Shown here: positions 10,113 through 20,136 of the stretch, in pieces
How the letters are laid out: every line of letters begins with the position of its first letter
Position numbering within the stretch: the stretch's first letter is position 1
IMG/VR virus record: IMGVR_UViG_3300035180_001563
Location: 32,001-96,000 of that record
DNA: 64,000 bases
Strand: one strand, 5' to 3'
DNA from: a virus
The notes under the pieces: generated by a model
The model's database searches: none
What the model saw: only the letters and a program-made list of their open reading frames with translations
Told to the model about the DNA's origin: nothing
Position numbers and translations under genes: made by a program

Positions 10113-12812
10113 TCAAGATAATGATAATAACAAAATTTTCCCCGTAAACCCTACTGAGAACGTAATTTGCATGGTATTGTTATCTACAAACAATACTTGG
10201 ATTGGTATAATGGGAGTTTGTACTCCATTAACATCAACATATATATTATACATAATATCAGCTGAGTTTAAATTGTGGGTAATGATCCATATGTTAGAGT
10301 TGATTGTAATTATCTCTTTATATGATTTACTAATACCCAAACTCGATACTGAGTTATCAACATACTGCTTTGTTGCTGCATTTAAGTTGGATGTTGGGTC
10401 TCCAACCAAAGATAGATCACCAGTCATACTACCACCCGAGGTAGACAATCGCGTTGCAGTAGTGACATCAACATATTGTCTTGTTGCTGCACCCAGACTA
10501 TTTATTGGGTCTCGATATAAAATTAAATCACCAGTCATAACATCTCCACCCCTGTTCACATAGGAGCCAATGTTTTGACTTACTTGAGTGTCAACATACT
10601 GTTTTGTTGCAGCTTCGAGAGCAGTGTGAGGATCTGAGGCTAGTTGTAATATCCCTGTCAACGTTCCACCTGTTAGGCTTAGATATAACTGATCAGCAAT
10701 AACTTGACTCAAACCTCCACCTAGTGTTACGTTACTAACCTGTGTGTCAACGTATAATTTCGATGCTGCTTCTAAACCATATTGTGGATCACCTTGCAAC
10801 ATCAAATGACCATTTACAGTAAGATCCCCAGAAACGGTATCCCCCGTTTTTTTAACATACAAACCGTCGGTTTGTGTTTGTGTGAGATATAAACTTGTGG
10901 CAGTAGTTTCAGAAGTTGTTATAGCATTATCAACATATTGTTTTGTTGCTGCTCCATAACTAGTGGTTGGATTTCCGGATAAAATCAACAACCCGTTCAT
11001 TGTGTCTCCAGAAATGTTTACTGGAGTAAAACCAAGCGTATTAATTAAATCAACTGATGTTTGGTTAGTCCCAGACGTAACTAAACCATTAACATTAACA
11101 GTTACTGAGTTATAAGTTCCTGGAATAATACCTGAGCTTGATAGAGTCGTTACAATTGACCCAGTTCCTGAACCGGATACTGCACCTGATAATGTAATTG
11201 GTTGATTTGGGGATGAACTGATTGAACTATCAACATAATGTTTTGTCGCTGCACCGTTGTTTACAACTGGATCTCCCGATAGAACCAGCAACCCAGTCAT
11301 TACATCTCCAGCTTTGTTAATTGGAGTAAAGTTTAGGGCAGTAGTAACGTCTGAGTTACTGAGAGAGTTTCCTACTGTTACCAATCCCTTGGAGTTCACT
11401 GTGATTTTTGAATAAACTCCTGGTGTTACACCAGAATTAGCTAACGTTGTCGAAAAAATAGAAGTTCCTGAACCTGTAACATCACCAACCATTGTAATTA
11501 GTTTATTTGGTATATTATCAACATACTGTTTTGTAGCAGGTTGCATTGCTGATGATGGGTCTGAGTTTAACGTTAAAGGACCTGTTAAAGTTCCACCGGA
11601 AATGTTTAATTTGATATCATCCAATTCTTGCAAATTCTGTTGAACAGTAGTGGCACTTAAATCGGTATATGCAACTGTCGAAACAGTAGAAGCTGTATGT
11701 GTATGAGCTAAGGGTGTTCTTGCATTTGAATTTCGTGGGTCGTTATCACCAACAGCCACAGGGTTTAATGGATCTGTTGCTTCAACGGATAATTTAACAA
11801 CTCCAGTAATGGTAGATGATGCTTTTTGAGTTCCAAGACCAGGATCACCTTTAGGTCCAGTTAAACCAGCTGGGCCAACCGCACCTAAACCCTGCATAAA
11901 CATTATTGTTGTTTTGGATGTTACTCGAGCGATGGGGACTTGTGTTGGTCTAAAAGAATTGATAATAGCAGGATCGATATCTGTTAATGATCCGTTTGTA
12001 TCTACCCAAAGTGGAGCATTTATTGTTGTCCAGTTCCACCCAGGATTCGTTATAATTCCCTGAAATATGACTGGGGTTACTTGATCGTAGGTAGCAGATT
12101 TAATACACATCATTAATACAGATGATGATGTATCTTCATAATTTGCCAATCTAATGCGGTTGAAATCTGAGTATGTGACTACGGAGAACGATGAGATGTT
12201 TTCATTTGCCTGAGCAAACGTAATATCTGTTTCAAGTCTATTTGACATCTCAAATGTTCCATCAACAAACCATTGGTCTTCAGATGAAAAGAATGTGTTA
12301 TCAGATTTTTTGAGAGCTGAACCCAATCCATCAAACAATATTCTTCCTGATTTATAACTCACATTTGATCCTACTTGAGTTCCAGGTTGATTTAATACAA
12401 GAGTCGTTCCATTAAGAAGGGCGCCAGCGAATACTCGGATACACTCGACCCAACGAATACTATCCCAAAAACGCATCTTGTTTGCAGTCGTATCAAACCA
12501 GTGTTGATTCAATTGGGGGGAGGGAGGGTTTGTAGCGCTAACAATTGGTTGAACACTAGTGAAACCAAATGTTCTCACTGCTGTGTTTTTATTAATATCC
12601 CAATACAACCAACTTGAATCTGTTGAGGATAAATTTGTCCAAGCTGCTATTGTTACTTGACTTGAGGGTTCTGTGAACATATATTCTGCAGTGCCAAAAG
12701 AGGCTGTGAACACTGCAGGACTACTTCCCACGTTAAGATTAACTGTTGTTCCTGTTTTAGTAAGAAAGTCTGACTGACTTTGAACTATACCTTGTCTAAA
12801 AGATAGTAACAT
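10113..12812 (-). CDS. Tail fibre / virion appendage protein with GGTxTGxLxLxxDP..AATKQYVD repeats
   Basis: About 7 AATKxYVD repeats, short collagen-like GPxG stretch, C-terminal WIITHNL domain; TATAAATA at 12843-12850. Confidence 0.75.
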   Translation of the reverse strand: MLLSFRQGIVQSQSDFLTKTGTTVNLNVGSSPAVFTASFGTAEYMFTEPSSQVTIAAWTNLSSTDSSWLYWDINKNTAVRTFGFTSVQPIVSATNPPSPQLNQHWFDTTANKMRFWDSIRWVECIRVFAGALLNGTTLVLNQPGTQVGSNVSYKSGRILFDGLGSALKKSDNTFFSSEDQWFVDGTFEMSNRLETDITFAQANENISSFSVVTYSDFNRIRLANYEDTSSSVLMMCIKSATYDQVTPVIFQGIITNPGWNWTTINAPLWVDTNGSLTDIDPAIINSFRPTQVPIARVTSKTTIMFMQGLGAVGPAGLTGPKGDPGLGTQKASSTITGVVKLSVEATDPLNPVAVGDNDPRNSNARTPLAHTHTASTVSTVAYTDLSATTVQQNLQELDDIKLNISGGTLTGPLTLNSDPSSAMQPATKQYVDNIPNKLITMVGDVTGSGTSIFSTTLANSGVTPGVYSKITVNSKGLVTVGNSLSNSDVTTALNFTPINKAGDVMTGLLVLSGDPVVNNGAATKHYVDSSISSSPNQPITLSGAVSGSGTGSIVTTLSSSGIIPGTYNSVTVNVNGLVTSGTNQTSVDLINTLGFTPVNISGDTMNGLLILSGNPTTSYGAATKQYVDNAITTSETTATSLYLTQTQTDGLYVKKTGDTVSGDLTVNGHLMLQGDPQYGLEAASKLYVDTQVSNVTLGGGLSQVIADQLYLSLTGGTLTGILQLASDPHTALEAATKQYVDTQVSQNIGSYVNRGGDVMTGDLILYRDPINSLGAATRQYVDVTTATRLSTSGGSMTGDLSLVGDPTSNLNAATKQYVDNSVSSLGISKSYKEIITINSNIWIITHNLNSADIMYNIYVDVNGVQTPIIPIQVLFVDNNTMQITFSVGFTGKILLLSLS

Positions 12813-12881
12813 AATGTGTTGTACTCACCATAATATTTTATATATTTATAAATTGTGCAACACAATGGTGGTGTTAGTGTT

Positions 12882-13541
12882 TTAGTGTCGTACTTCCCAG
12901 ACTACTTCAAAATCTGGACATTCATAAAATGTTTGTGGATCTAACCTCATACCATATTGAGCAATCATAGCTTCAAACTGTGCAAAGTTTTTATCATAGT
13001 CATTATCACCCATCAATGCAGCTCTAACCAATTCTACGCACGAGAGATTTTGATCTTGACTAAGATCAAAAAGAGTATCGTACGGCTTACCAAGTTCTGT
13101 TTTAGCTTTATCTAACGCTGCTGTCCAATCTTCAAGAGTCATATTTTTTGGTTTCAATAAAGCAACAGAGCTACATTGTTGATCAAATACGTCATTGAAT
13201 CCAGAATAATGAACACCAGTATCTGTAGATTCTATAAACCTGAAGTCATCAGTTGTATCAACAGTGTCTTCAAGGTTCATAAATGAATGTCCATAATATC
13301 CAGGTTTCTTAAATTTTGAAAGGATCCAGTGAGCTAATTGAATAAAATAAACCGAAAGGTGTCCACGATGCATTGATAATATCACATAATAATCTTTTGA
13401 TAACTTTTCATTGAGAGTGTCTCGTTCTGATTGAGTTAAAACTCGTTTTGAGTTCCAGTTAACTTTTCCAATCAACATAATGATTACACTCACAACTACA
13501 ACGTAAGTTCTCGAAAAGGACATTTTAATTTTATTAAACAT
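12882..13541 (-). CDS. Permuted papain-like NlpC/P60 (YiiX/YaeF-type) amidase
   Basis: His (YGHSFM) precedes GKPYD and catalytic LSCVELV; hydrophobic N-terminus. Confidence 0.7.
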   Translation of the reverse strand: MFNKIKMSFSRTYVVVVSVIIMLIGKVNWNSKRVLTQSERDTLNEKLSKDYYVILSMHRGHLSVYFIQLAHWILSKFKKPGYYGHSFMNLEDTVDTTDDFRFIESTDTGVHYSGFNDVFDQQCSSVALLKPKNMTLEDWTAALDKAKTELGKPYDTLFDLSQDQNLSCVELVRAALMGDNDYDKNFAQFEAMIAQYGMRLDPQTFYECPDFEVVWEVRH

Positions 13542-13564
13542 AGTGGATGTACTCCTTTGTATGA

Positions 13565-13993
13565 TTACACAGGTACGCGATTTGCAAGAACTTGAGCTGC
13601 TCTACCGACACCGATAAGTCCAAGTTGTTCTAACATTTGTACACCTGCGATTGTATTAGGGTTTGTTAATTGAACTTCTGCAGACAGCTCCATATCTTTT
13701 GCCATCGTCAATAAAATTGCCTTATAATTGGCTGGAATATTTGGATTTGACTGAACATTATCGATTCCAACACGTTCCGCTAAAGTAAACAACTGTCTAA
13801 ATTGAAACTTAGTAATAACAACTCCAGCAGCTATTTCTGGATTTGCTGCAATCCATGTATCTAGTGTAGTTTGATCAGGGATTGGAGCACCTGCATCCCA
13901 TATAAGATCTGCATAAACTGAACCATCTCCATTTGCGTGGCATTGAACGGCTGGAAATCCAACACTAATTGCCTGAATGTATGTCATTGTCAT
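13565..13993 (-). CDS. Tail-fibre-associated small protein (possible chaperone)
   Basis: GGAG RBS, late motif at 14033-14039; ITKFQFRQLFT..ER...GRAAQVL pattern seen in fibre-adjacent proteins. Confidence 0.5.
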   Translation of the reverse strand: MTMTYIQAISVGFPAVQCHANGDGSVYADLIWDAGAPIPDQTTLDTWIAANPEIAAGVVITKFQFRQLFTLAERVGIDNVQSNPNIPANYKAILLTMAKDMELSAEVQLTNPNTIAGVQMLEQLGLIGVGRAAQVLANRVPV

Positions 13994-14055
13994 AAGTTTT
14001 TCTCCAATAATTGTAATATGTATATACCAGTGTATTTATGATATGTGTTTGTAAT

Positions 14056-14739
14056 TTATGCTAATTCTGAAACAGTAACACCACTCTTAGCTAACATACC
14101 GTTGAAATTATTCCCTGTTGTGCCTGTTTGGCCAATATACCAAGTTCCAGTACCATTGCTTATACCGACTCTAATAGAGTAGGTTTGAGTTGATGTAGAT
14201 CCAGGTGTATCGATAAAATTAAATGGTAGAGTATAAATTAGAGTAGTTGTACTAATGCTTGCTCCGACAACACCAATACAAGTAGATCCTCTAAAAAATG
14301 CAGCTGTTAATTGTCTTGATGTTGTACTCAATGAGTAACAAAATGCCCCAGAGATATTAACATTACTAGTGGTATAGGTGGGGGTAATTGTGTGGGACCA
14401 TATTTGCGTTCCCATAGCTGTAGTTGGTGTGGTATTAGCTAATGTTATTGTTGATGTTCCTGTGGTTGCAGCTATATTAGAGAAAGTTTGTTGTATCGGT
14501 TGTCCGGACCCAACTACAGGAACACCTGCACTCAATAAGATCCACGATGCTCCATTATCTCTATAAATTAGGTTAGTGTCTGTTGTAATATACACGTTTC
14601 CAACGTTTCCTGCTGCTGGCAACGCAGAAAATATACCGGAAGTAATTTGGGGAGTATTTCCACCATTTAATAAAACAGGTGTTCCATTAACATCTGGAGT
14701 ATTAGCAAAACTATATGAGCCGAAGACTGGTGTTGACAT
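14056..14739 (-). CDS. Putative tail fibre tip / receptor-binding protein
   Basis: Thr-rich; YITTDTNLIYRDNGASW module; C-terminal DTPGSTSTQTYSIR...VTVSELA beta-sandwich pattern. Confidence 0.55.
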   Translation of the reverse strand: MSTPVFGSYSFANTPDVNGTPVLLNGGNTPQITSGIFSALPAAGNVGNVYITTDTNLIYRDNGASWILLSAGVPVVGSGQPIQQTFSNIAATTGTSTITLANTTPTTAMGTQIWSHTITPTYTTSNVNISGAFCYSLSTTSRQLTAAFFRGSTCIGVVGASISTTTLIYTLPFNFIDTPGSTSTQTYSIRVGISNGTGTWYIGQTGTTGNNFNGMLAKSGVTVSELA

Positions 14740-14768
14740 TTGTTTTTTCCTATTTTATTATTATTTAT

Positions 14769-14819
14769 CAATCTCTCGACTAAGAAAACCCCAGATGCTT
14801 CAGCATTGGGGTAGTTCAC
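14769..14819 (+). mobile_element. 51-bp minimal IS200/IS605-family element (left end, one hairpin, right end)
   Basis: TTTAT|CAATCTCTCGACTAA...CCCCAGATGCTTCAGCATTGGGGTAGTTCAC; both ends match those of the 60634-61071 element. Confidence 0.8.
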
Positions 14820-15526
14820 TACATTGGAGGTCTACTGTCTCCAGATATATAGCTAGCTGAATAAGTGAAATTAACTCCAGTGGCAGTACCGATTGGTGTT
14901 AGGTTATTTCCCTGTCCTGAATAATCTATTATTTTAGTAACGGTTGTTCCTGGGGCACCCTCATCGAATAACAAACTTGTTATTAAACCATATACCAACC
15001 CATCTTTATCTCCAGCAGTTGAATATGCCGTCAATATTTCATCCGCTGAAAGTACTCTATTAAAGTATGAGATGTCGTCAACTGAAAATGTACCTGTTTC
15101 ACTAACTCCACCACCTGGATAACCGTTTATATACACAGCTGTAATTGTACCAGCTTGTTGTGCTACAGTTGCAGAATTTACGAATTTTCCATTAATATAA
15201 ATACTGTGTGTTGTTCCATTGAAGGTATATGCAATGTGATTCCATGCATTTGATGTTGGTAATATTATATTATTAGATGAAACAAGTATAGTTCCACCCC
15301 ATGTCCACACATCAACATTACCATTTCCAGAACTTGTTCCAATTTGAATTGCAGTTCCACCACTAGTTGCTGTATTATATGTACCAACCATACTTATTTT
15401 ACTACCAGAACTAAAATTTGCATTAATCCAAGTCATTAACGTAACTGGTGTTAGAGCATTAATAGCTAGTGCTCCTGTTTGACTAGCCAAATGATAATCA
15501 ACTGCTCCTGGAGTTGTAATAGCCAT
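14819..15526 (-). CDS. LamG/concanavalin-A-like lectin domain virion protein
   Basis: TLMTWIN, WNHIAYTFNG..IYING, DDISYFNRVLSADEI, FDEG...DYSGQGN. Confidence 0.8.
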   Translation of the reverse strand: MAITTPGAVDYHLASQTGALAINALTPVTLMTWINANFSSGSKISMVGTYNTATSGGTAIQIGTSSGNGNVDVWTWGGTILVSSNNIILPTSNAWNHIAYTFNGTTHSIYINGKFVNSATVAQQAGTITAVYINGYPGGGVSETGTFSVDDISYFNRVLSADEILTAYSTAGDKDGLVYGLITSLLFDEGAPGTTVTKIIDYSGQGNNLTPIGTATGVNFTYSASYISGDSRPPM

Positions 15527-15535
15527 ATCAGGTCC

Positions 15536-16618
15536 TTAAGTAAACTGAATAGTTATTTCTGACAATAACCAGTTATAAGCTAAATTACCACTCACACTCA
15601 CATTTCGTGTAATTTCCATTTGACATAAATTTCCTGCTGTCAGTGAGAGTGATGCAATGGAAAGTGTTTGTGAATAATATTGATAATATGCATTTGTTGG
15701 GACTGTGACAGTTGTCAGGTTTGTTGCAGCTGTCCATGCTCCGATCACAGCGTTATTGGGGATATTTCTAGTATAAACTTTAAGTTGTAAGTTAGCAGCT
15801 GATGCTGGTGCTGTTTGCGATCTTCCTTTGTAGGAAAACGTAACATTAGTAGCTCCTGCCGGTACAGGAACAAAGCACCCAACACCTTGTTCTACTGTGT
15901 TTGAAAATTGTCTAATATTCATAGCAGAAAAGGCAGGATCTACTGTTGTTGGCGCTAATGCATTTACAGTCCAGTCAGCTGTATTTGGTGAATCAAGACT
16001 AGTTGCAAAGTATGAGAGAGATCGTAATGGTGGTAACCCAGATATATCTGCTGCTGTTAGTGTTACATCTCCAATCCTTCCTGCTACAGATGTAACAGAA
16101 CTTGCTCCAGATCCAACCACAGTAAGTCCGTTTGCAATCACTACAACTCTAATACTGTGTGTGTTTCCTGTTACTGTAATCGTCGCTGAATTCGATGAGG
16201 TGAGAACTACCTTATCTGCTTGTATTAAAGTATTTGTGGTAGTATCGAACAATGATATAACCACATTTTGTGTTCCAAGATTATGACTTACAACGGCTGA
16301 ATATAAATTACCCGATACGAGTGTCCAAGAGGTAATTGTCGTAGAATAAGAGCTTGGAGTCGTTGCATTATTAACCCAAACACTCCCATTGTAAGTTAGA
16401 ACTTGTCCAGATATGGGTGAGGTTAAAGTAACATCAGATAACCCCGCTAATGCTTCTTGGGGTCCAATTTGAACAATAGAATCAGATCCATTATTCTTTT
16501 TAATATACATCTTACCATCGTAGGTGTTGATAGCAATCTCACCTAACTGAAGATCGGTTGTAGCTGGCACCTTTGCCGCCACAGACGATCTCTTAATTAA
16601 AATCGTATTTGTAGCCAT
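15536..16618 (-). CDS. Tail fibre module with Mtd-N-like N-terminus
   Basis: ILIKRSS..KVP..DLQLGEIAINTYDGKMY; LSDVTLTSPISGQVLTYNG; HNLGT; VTSVAGRIGDVTL. Confidence 0.7.
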   Translation of the reverse strand: MATNTILIKRSSVAAKVPATTDLQLGEIAINTYDGKMYIKKNNGSDSIVQIGPQEALAGLSDVTLTSPISGQVLTYNGSVWVNNATTPSSYSTTITSWTLVSGNLYSAVVSHNLGTQNVVISLFDTTTNTLIQADKVVLTSSNSATITVTGNTHSIRVVVIANGLTVVGSGASSVTSVAGRIGDVTLTAADISGLPPLRSLSYFATSLDSPNTADWTVNALAPTTVDPAFSAMNIRQFSNTVEQGVGCFVPVPAGATNVTFSYKGRSQTAPASAANLQLKVYTRNIPNNAVIGAWTAATNLTTVTVPTNAYYQYYSQTLSIASLSLTAGNLCQMEITRNVSVSGNLAYNWLLSEITIQFT

Positions 16619-16675
16619 TATATTCTCCTATATAGGAAACACCTCCCGTATATACGGGAGGTTACCACTTATTTA

Positions 16676-19600
16676 CTAGAACGTGCCACCATCAATAACC
16701 TGACCCACAATCATTGCATTTGTAATACCATAACCAGTCGTGGTTGTTGGTGTTGCAGTTACTTGTGAGAACGGAACAGTTAACGCTACGGCTGTACCAA
16801 TTGCAGTTACTAATCCTTTCGAGTTAACTGTGATTGGGTAATGATTTGCACCACCTGTGTTATACGTTCCTGCAACTACTCCACTATTCGCAAGTGTCAG
16901 AACAACTGAAGTGGTACCAGAACCAGTTGCATCACCAGTGAATGTGATATTTTGGTTTCCAGTCAAATAAGCAGTCGTAGATGCAGCAGTTACCTGACCT
17001 TGAGCATTTACTGTGAATGTGTTGTAACCAGAACCAGCGGTAACTGCGGTGTTAGTAATACTAAACGCATTTCCAGATAATGTTAAACCTGTTCCAGCTG
17101 TATACGTATTAGCTCCGGTAAACTGGGAGAACGTAATGTTTGTGGTTCCAACAGTGATTACGCCTGATACGTTTTCTGTCCAACCTGTACTTGCTAAGGT
17201 AGTACCTTGATCAACATACACAGCCATACCAGCGACTTGTGTTGAAGTTGTTGCATCTGTTGCACGACCCCAAGCACCTGTGGCAACAATATATATGCCA
17301 TTCTGTGAACCTGTTGTTTGATTCTTAACCAACACACGGTCCCCAGCAACAACAGCAACGCCATCAATTGTTTGTGTACCAGAAAGTGTTATATTTGCAG
17401 TTGTTGCAACACGAACTGCTTCTTTCCACGACAATCCAGCGACAGCATTATCAACATACTGTTTAGTAGCTGCACCAAGAACATTTACTGGATCTCCTGA
17501 AAGAACCAACAATCCGGTCATAGTGTCACCGGCTTTATTAACTGGTGTATATGCTAACGCTGTTGTAACATCACTAGATGTGAGTGTTACTGCACCAGTA
17601 CGTGTATTAAAGGACAATACACCAGTATTTCCAAACGTAATGTTGCCTGTTGCTCCTGAAACGCTAATACCAGAACCTGCAATTGCTGATAATACACCAG
17701 TGTTAGCAATCGTAACTGCCCCTGTTGCCCCGGAAACGCTAATACCAGAACCCGCTACATTTGACGTAACACCAGTATTGTTGATTGTAACTGTTCCTGT
17801 TCCATTAGAAACGTTAATTGCTGTTCCAGCTGTTACTGTTTTATATTCAAGTCCAGTTGCACCTGAATTGACTCCAAGAATCTGATTGGCTGCTCCAATT
17901 GAAGAAAGTCCAGTTCCACCATAACCTGTTGCAACTGTTGTTCCATTCCAGACACCAGATGTAACAGTTCCCAATGTAACTATAGAACTACTACCTGCAG
18001 CAGGTGCACGAGAGGTATCAGTTGGGTGAATATGATCTTGTCTTGCATACAAATATGAAGTACCGACTGCAACTGTTCCATCCATAATTGGATTAGCTGT
18101 ACCGGCTTGACCAAGAACAAACGCAGTAGTTGCAATTTGTGTTGAGTTAGTACTAACAGCTGCTGTTGGAGCAGATGGAGTTCCTGTAAATGTTGGAGAT
18201 GCTAATAATGCATACGAGGCTGCAGGTGTACCACCTAGATTGGTTGAATTTGAAGCTGTCCCAGAAATATTAATACTCCACGTTCCAGAAGCACCAGTAC
18301 CTGTCAATGTTGGAGCGTAAACTGAGTTAATATCAGTAATACCATAACCTGCAACTGTTGTGGGTTTACTTGTAATTGAACTCCATGCTGGTGTGATTGT
18401 TACTGCTGAACCAGTTGCTGTTACACGTCCTTTAGCATCTACAGTATATGGTGTAATTGCTGTTACACTATTGTTGTATGTTCCTGCAGTGACTCCACTA
18501 TTTGCAAGTGTTAATGTAATTGCTGTTGTTCCTGAACCAGTAGCATCACCAGACAATGTGATATTCTGGTTTCCAGTCAAATAAGCGGTTGTAGAAGCTG
18601 CTGTGACTTGACCTTGACTGTTAACTGTAAATGTATTATAACCAGAACCGGCGGTAACTGCGGTATTTGTAATACTGAAAGTGTTTCCAGATAATGTTAA
18701 GCCTGTTCCTGCAGAATATGTGCCAGAACCGGTAAATTGAGCAAATGCTAAACTTGTTGTCCCAACTGTAATTGCACCAGTTGTTGTTTGTGTCCACCCT
18801 GTATTTGCTAATGTGGAACCTTGATCAACATAAACCGTCAAACCTTGAATCTCTGTTCCTAAATCAGCATCTGTAGATCTTGTCCATGCACCAGAACCTG
18901 CAATGTAAATACCATTTTGAGATGCTGTTGTTTGATTTTTAACTAAAACACGATCACCAGCAATAGTAGTATACCCATCAATCGACTGTAATCCTGAAAG
19001 AGTTATGTTTGCAGTAGTTGCACACATAACAGCTTCTTTCCAAGAAAGACCTGCAATGGCATTATCCACATATTGTTTTGTGGCAGCACCTAAAGCTGCT
19101 GATGGATCTCCTGAAAGAACTAACAATCCAGTCATCGTATCGCCGGCTTTGTTAACTGGTGTATATGCTAACGCTGTTGTAATATCACTAGCGGTTACTG
19201 CAGTTGTTCCAGTAACAAGACCTTTGCCGTTTCTAGTAATTTTTAAGAAAGAACCTGAACCACTGTCGGTAATTGTTGCAAGAGTTGCTGTTATTGCTGT
19301 AGTACCTGACCCAGACACGTCTCCAGAAAGAGTAATTGTTTGGTTTCCAGACAATGGAGTATATCCAAGAGCTGTGCTGACATCTGAAGATGTTAATGTA
19401 ACAGCTCCTGTTCTACCAAATACAGACGTTACTGGAAAAGCAATCGCTGTAGCTGATGCTGCTGTTACTAAACCTTTACCATTTACTGTAAACGATCCTA
19501 CGTGTGTACTATCTCCAAATGTTCCTACGTTTGAGTTAACTGTTGCTAAGGTAAGAGAAACAGCGGCTCCACTAACTGAACCAGAAACATCACCAGAGTA

Positions 19601-19762
19601 TGTGTACAAACCAACCTGAATGACACTGTCTGTGCCATTATTGATGTGCATATACATCTTACCATCATATGTGTTTAACCCTACTTCACCGATAGCAATA
19701 TCTGTGATCGCAGGAATTTTTCCTGGGGTTGACGTTCGTTTTAAAAGAATCTGATTTGACAT
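16676..19762 (-). CDS. Long tail fibre protein with internal duplication, ending IDGGTF
   Basis: Same N-terminal motif as the 360-aa neighbour; two WKEAV..ATTANITLSG..IDG..GDRVLVKNQT..QNGIY domains; LASPTFTGTPSAPTA. Confidence 0.8.
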   Translation of the reverse strand: MSNQILLKRTSTPGKIPAITDIAIGEVGLNTYDGKMYMHINNGTDSVIQVGLYTYSGDVSGSVSGAAVSLTLATVNSNVGTFGDSTHVGSFTVNGKGLVTAASATAIAFPVTSVFGRTGAVTLTSSDVSTALGYTPLSGNQTITLSGDVSGSGTTAITATLATITDSGSGSFLKITRNGKGLVTGTTAVTASDITTALAYTPVNKAGDTMTGLLVLSGDPSAALGAATKQYVDNAIAGLSWKEAVMCATTANITLSGLQSIDGYTTIAGDRVLVKNQTTASQNGIYIAGSGAWTRSTDADLGTEIQGLTVYVDQGSTLANTGWTQTTTGAITVGTTSLAFAQFTGSGTYSAGTGLTLSGNTFSITNTAVTAGSGYNTFTVNSQGQVTAASTTAYLTGNQNITLSGDATGSGTTAITLTLANSGVTAGTYNNSVTAITPYTVDAKGRVTATGSAVTITPAWSSITSKPTTVAGYGITDINSVYAPTLTGTGASGTWSINISGTASNSTNLGGTPAASYALLASPTFTGTPSAPTAAVSTNSTQIATTAFVLGQAGTANPIMDGTVAVGTSYLYARQDHIHPTDTSRAPAAGSSSIVTLGTVTSGVWNGTTVATGYGGTGLSSIGAANQILGVNSGATGLEYKTVTAGTAINVSNGTGTVTINNTGVTSNVAGSGISVSGATGAVTIANTGVLSAIAGSGISVSGATGNITFGNTGVLSFNTRTGAVTLTSSDVTTALAYTPVNKAGDTMTGLLVLSGDPVNVLGAATKQYVDNAVAGLSWKEAVRVATTANITLSGTQTIDGVAVVAGDRVLVKNQTTGSQNGIYIVATGAWGRATDATTSTQVAGMAVYVDQGTTLASTGWTENVSGVITVGTTNITFSQFTGANTYTAGTGLTLSGNAFSITNTAVTAGSGYNTFTVNAQGQVTAASTTAYLTGNQNITFTGDATGSGTTSVVLTLANSGVVAGTYNTGGANHYPITVNSKGLVTAIGTAVALTVPFSQVTATPTTTTGYGITNAMIVGQVIDGGTF
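16861..19191. repeat. Direct duplication of about 717 bp (16861-17577 and 18475-19191, offset 1614)
   Basis: Same 1614-nt offset at start, middle and end; many differences at synonymous positions. Confidence 0.85.
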
Positions 19763-19781
19763 TTACTACTCCTATTTTTGG

Positions 19782-20114
19782 TTAAAATGTTCCTGCATCT
19801 AGTGATATTTCTATATTTTGTGCTGATATTAATTTCCCAGTTTGATCTACCGTAAACTGTCCAACAGAACTAGCAGTTCCATATGTACCTGCCAATATCC
19901 CACTTGCTGTTGCTGTTGATAATAAAACCCAATCTGTGTTAGTTTGTCCTGTTTTAAGGTACAACCCACTATCTGTTCCAAAAGAACGAAGGAATAGAGA
20001 TCCTTCAGGGGCCTCGTAACCGGTTACTGAAGGATCAATTGTGCCTTGCGTTATTAAAACATCATCACTTAATGATAATGTTTCAATTCTAAATGCACTG
20101 TCTATGTGAGCCAA
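19782..20114 (-). CDS. Small fibre-associated protein ending LDAGTF
   Basis: AGGA plus TTG start; APEGSLFLRS module and AGTYG...FTVDQTGKL fibre repeat. Confidence 0.6.
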   Translation of the reverse strand: MAHIDSAFRIETLSLSDDVLITQGTIDPSVTGYEAPEGSLFLRSFGTDSGLYLKTGQTNTDWVLLSTATASGILAGTYGTASSVGQFTVDQTGKLISAQNIEISLDAGTF

Positions 20115-20136
20115 GGTTGTTTCCTTTTAAAAAAGA

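Noticed and set aside
16861-19191. Fibre duplication as a DGR template/variable repeat pair
   Set aside because: Both copies are in-frame coding, mismatches are not adenine-specific, and there is no reverse transcriptase in the window
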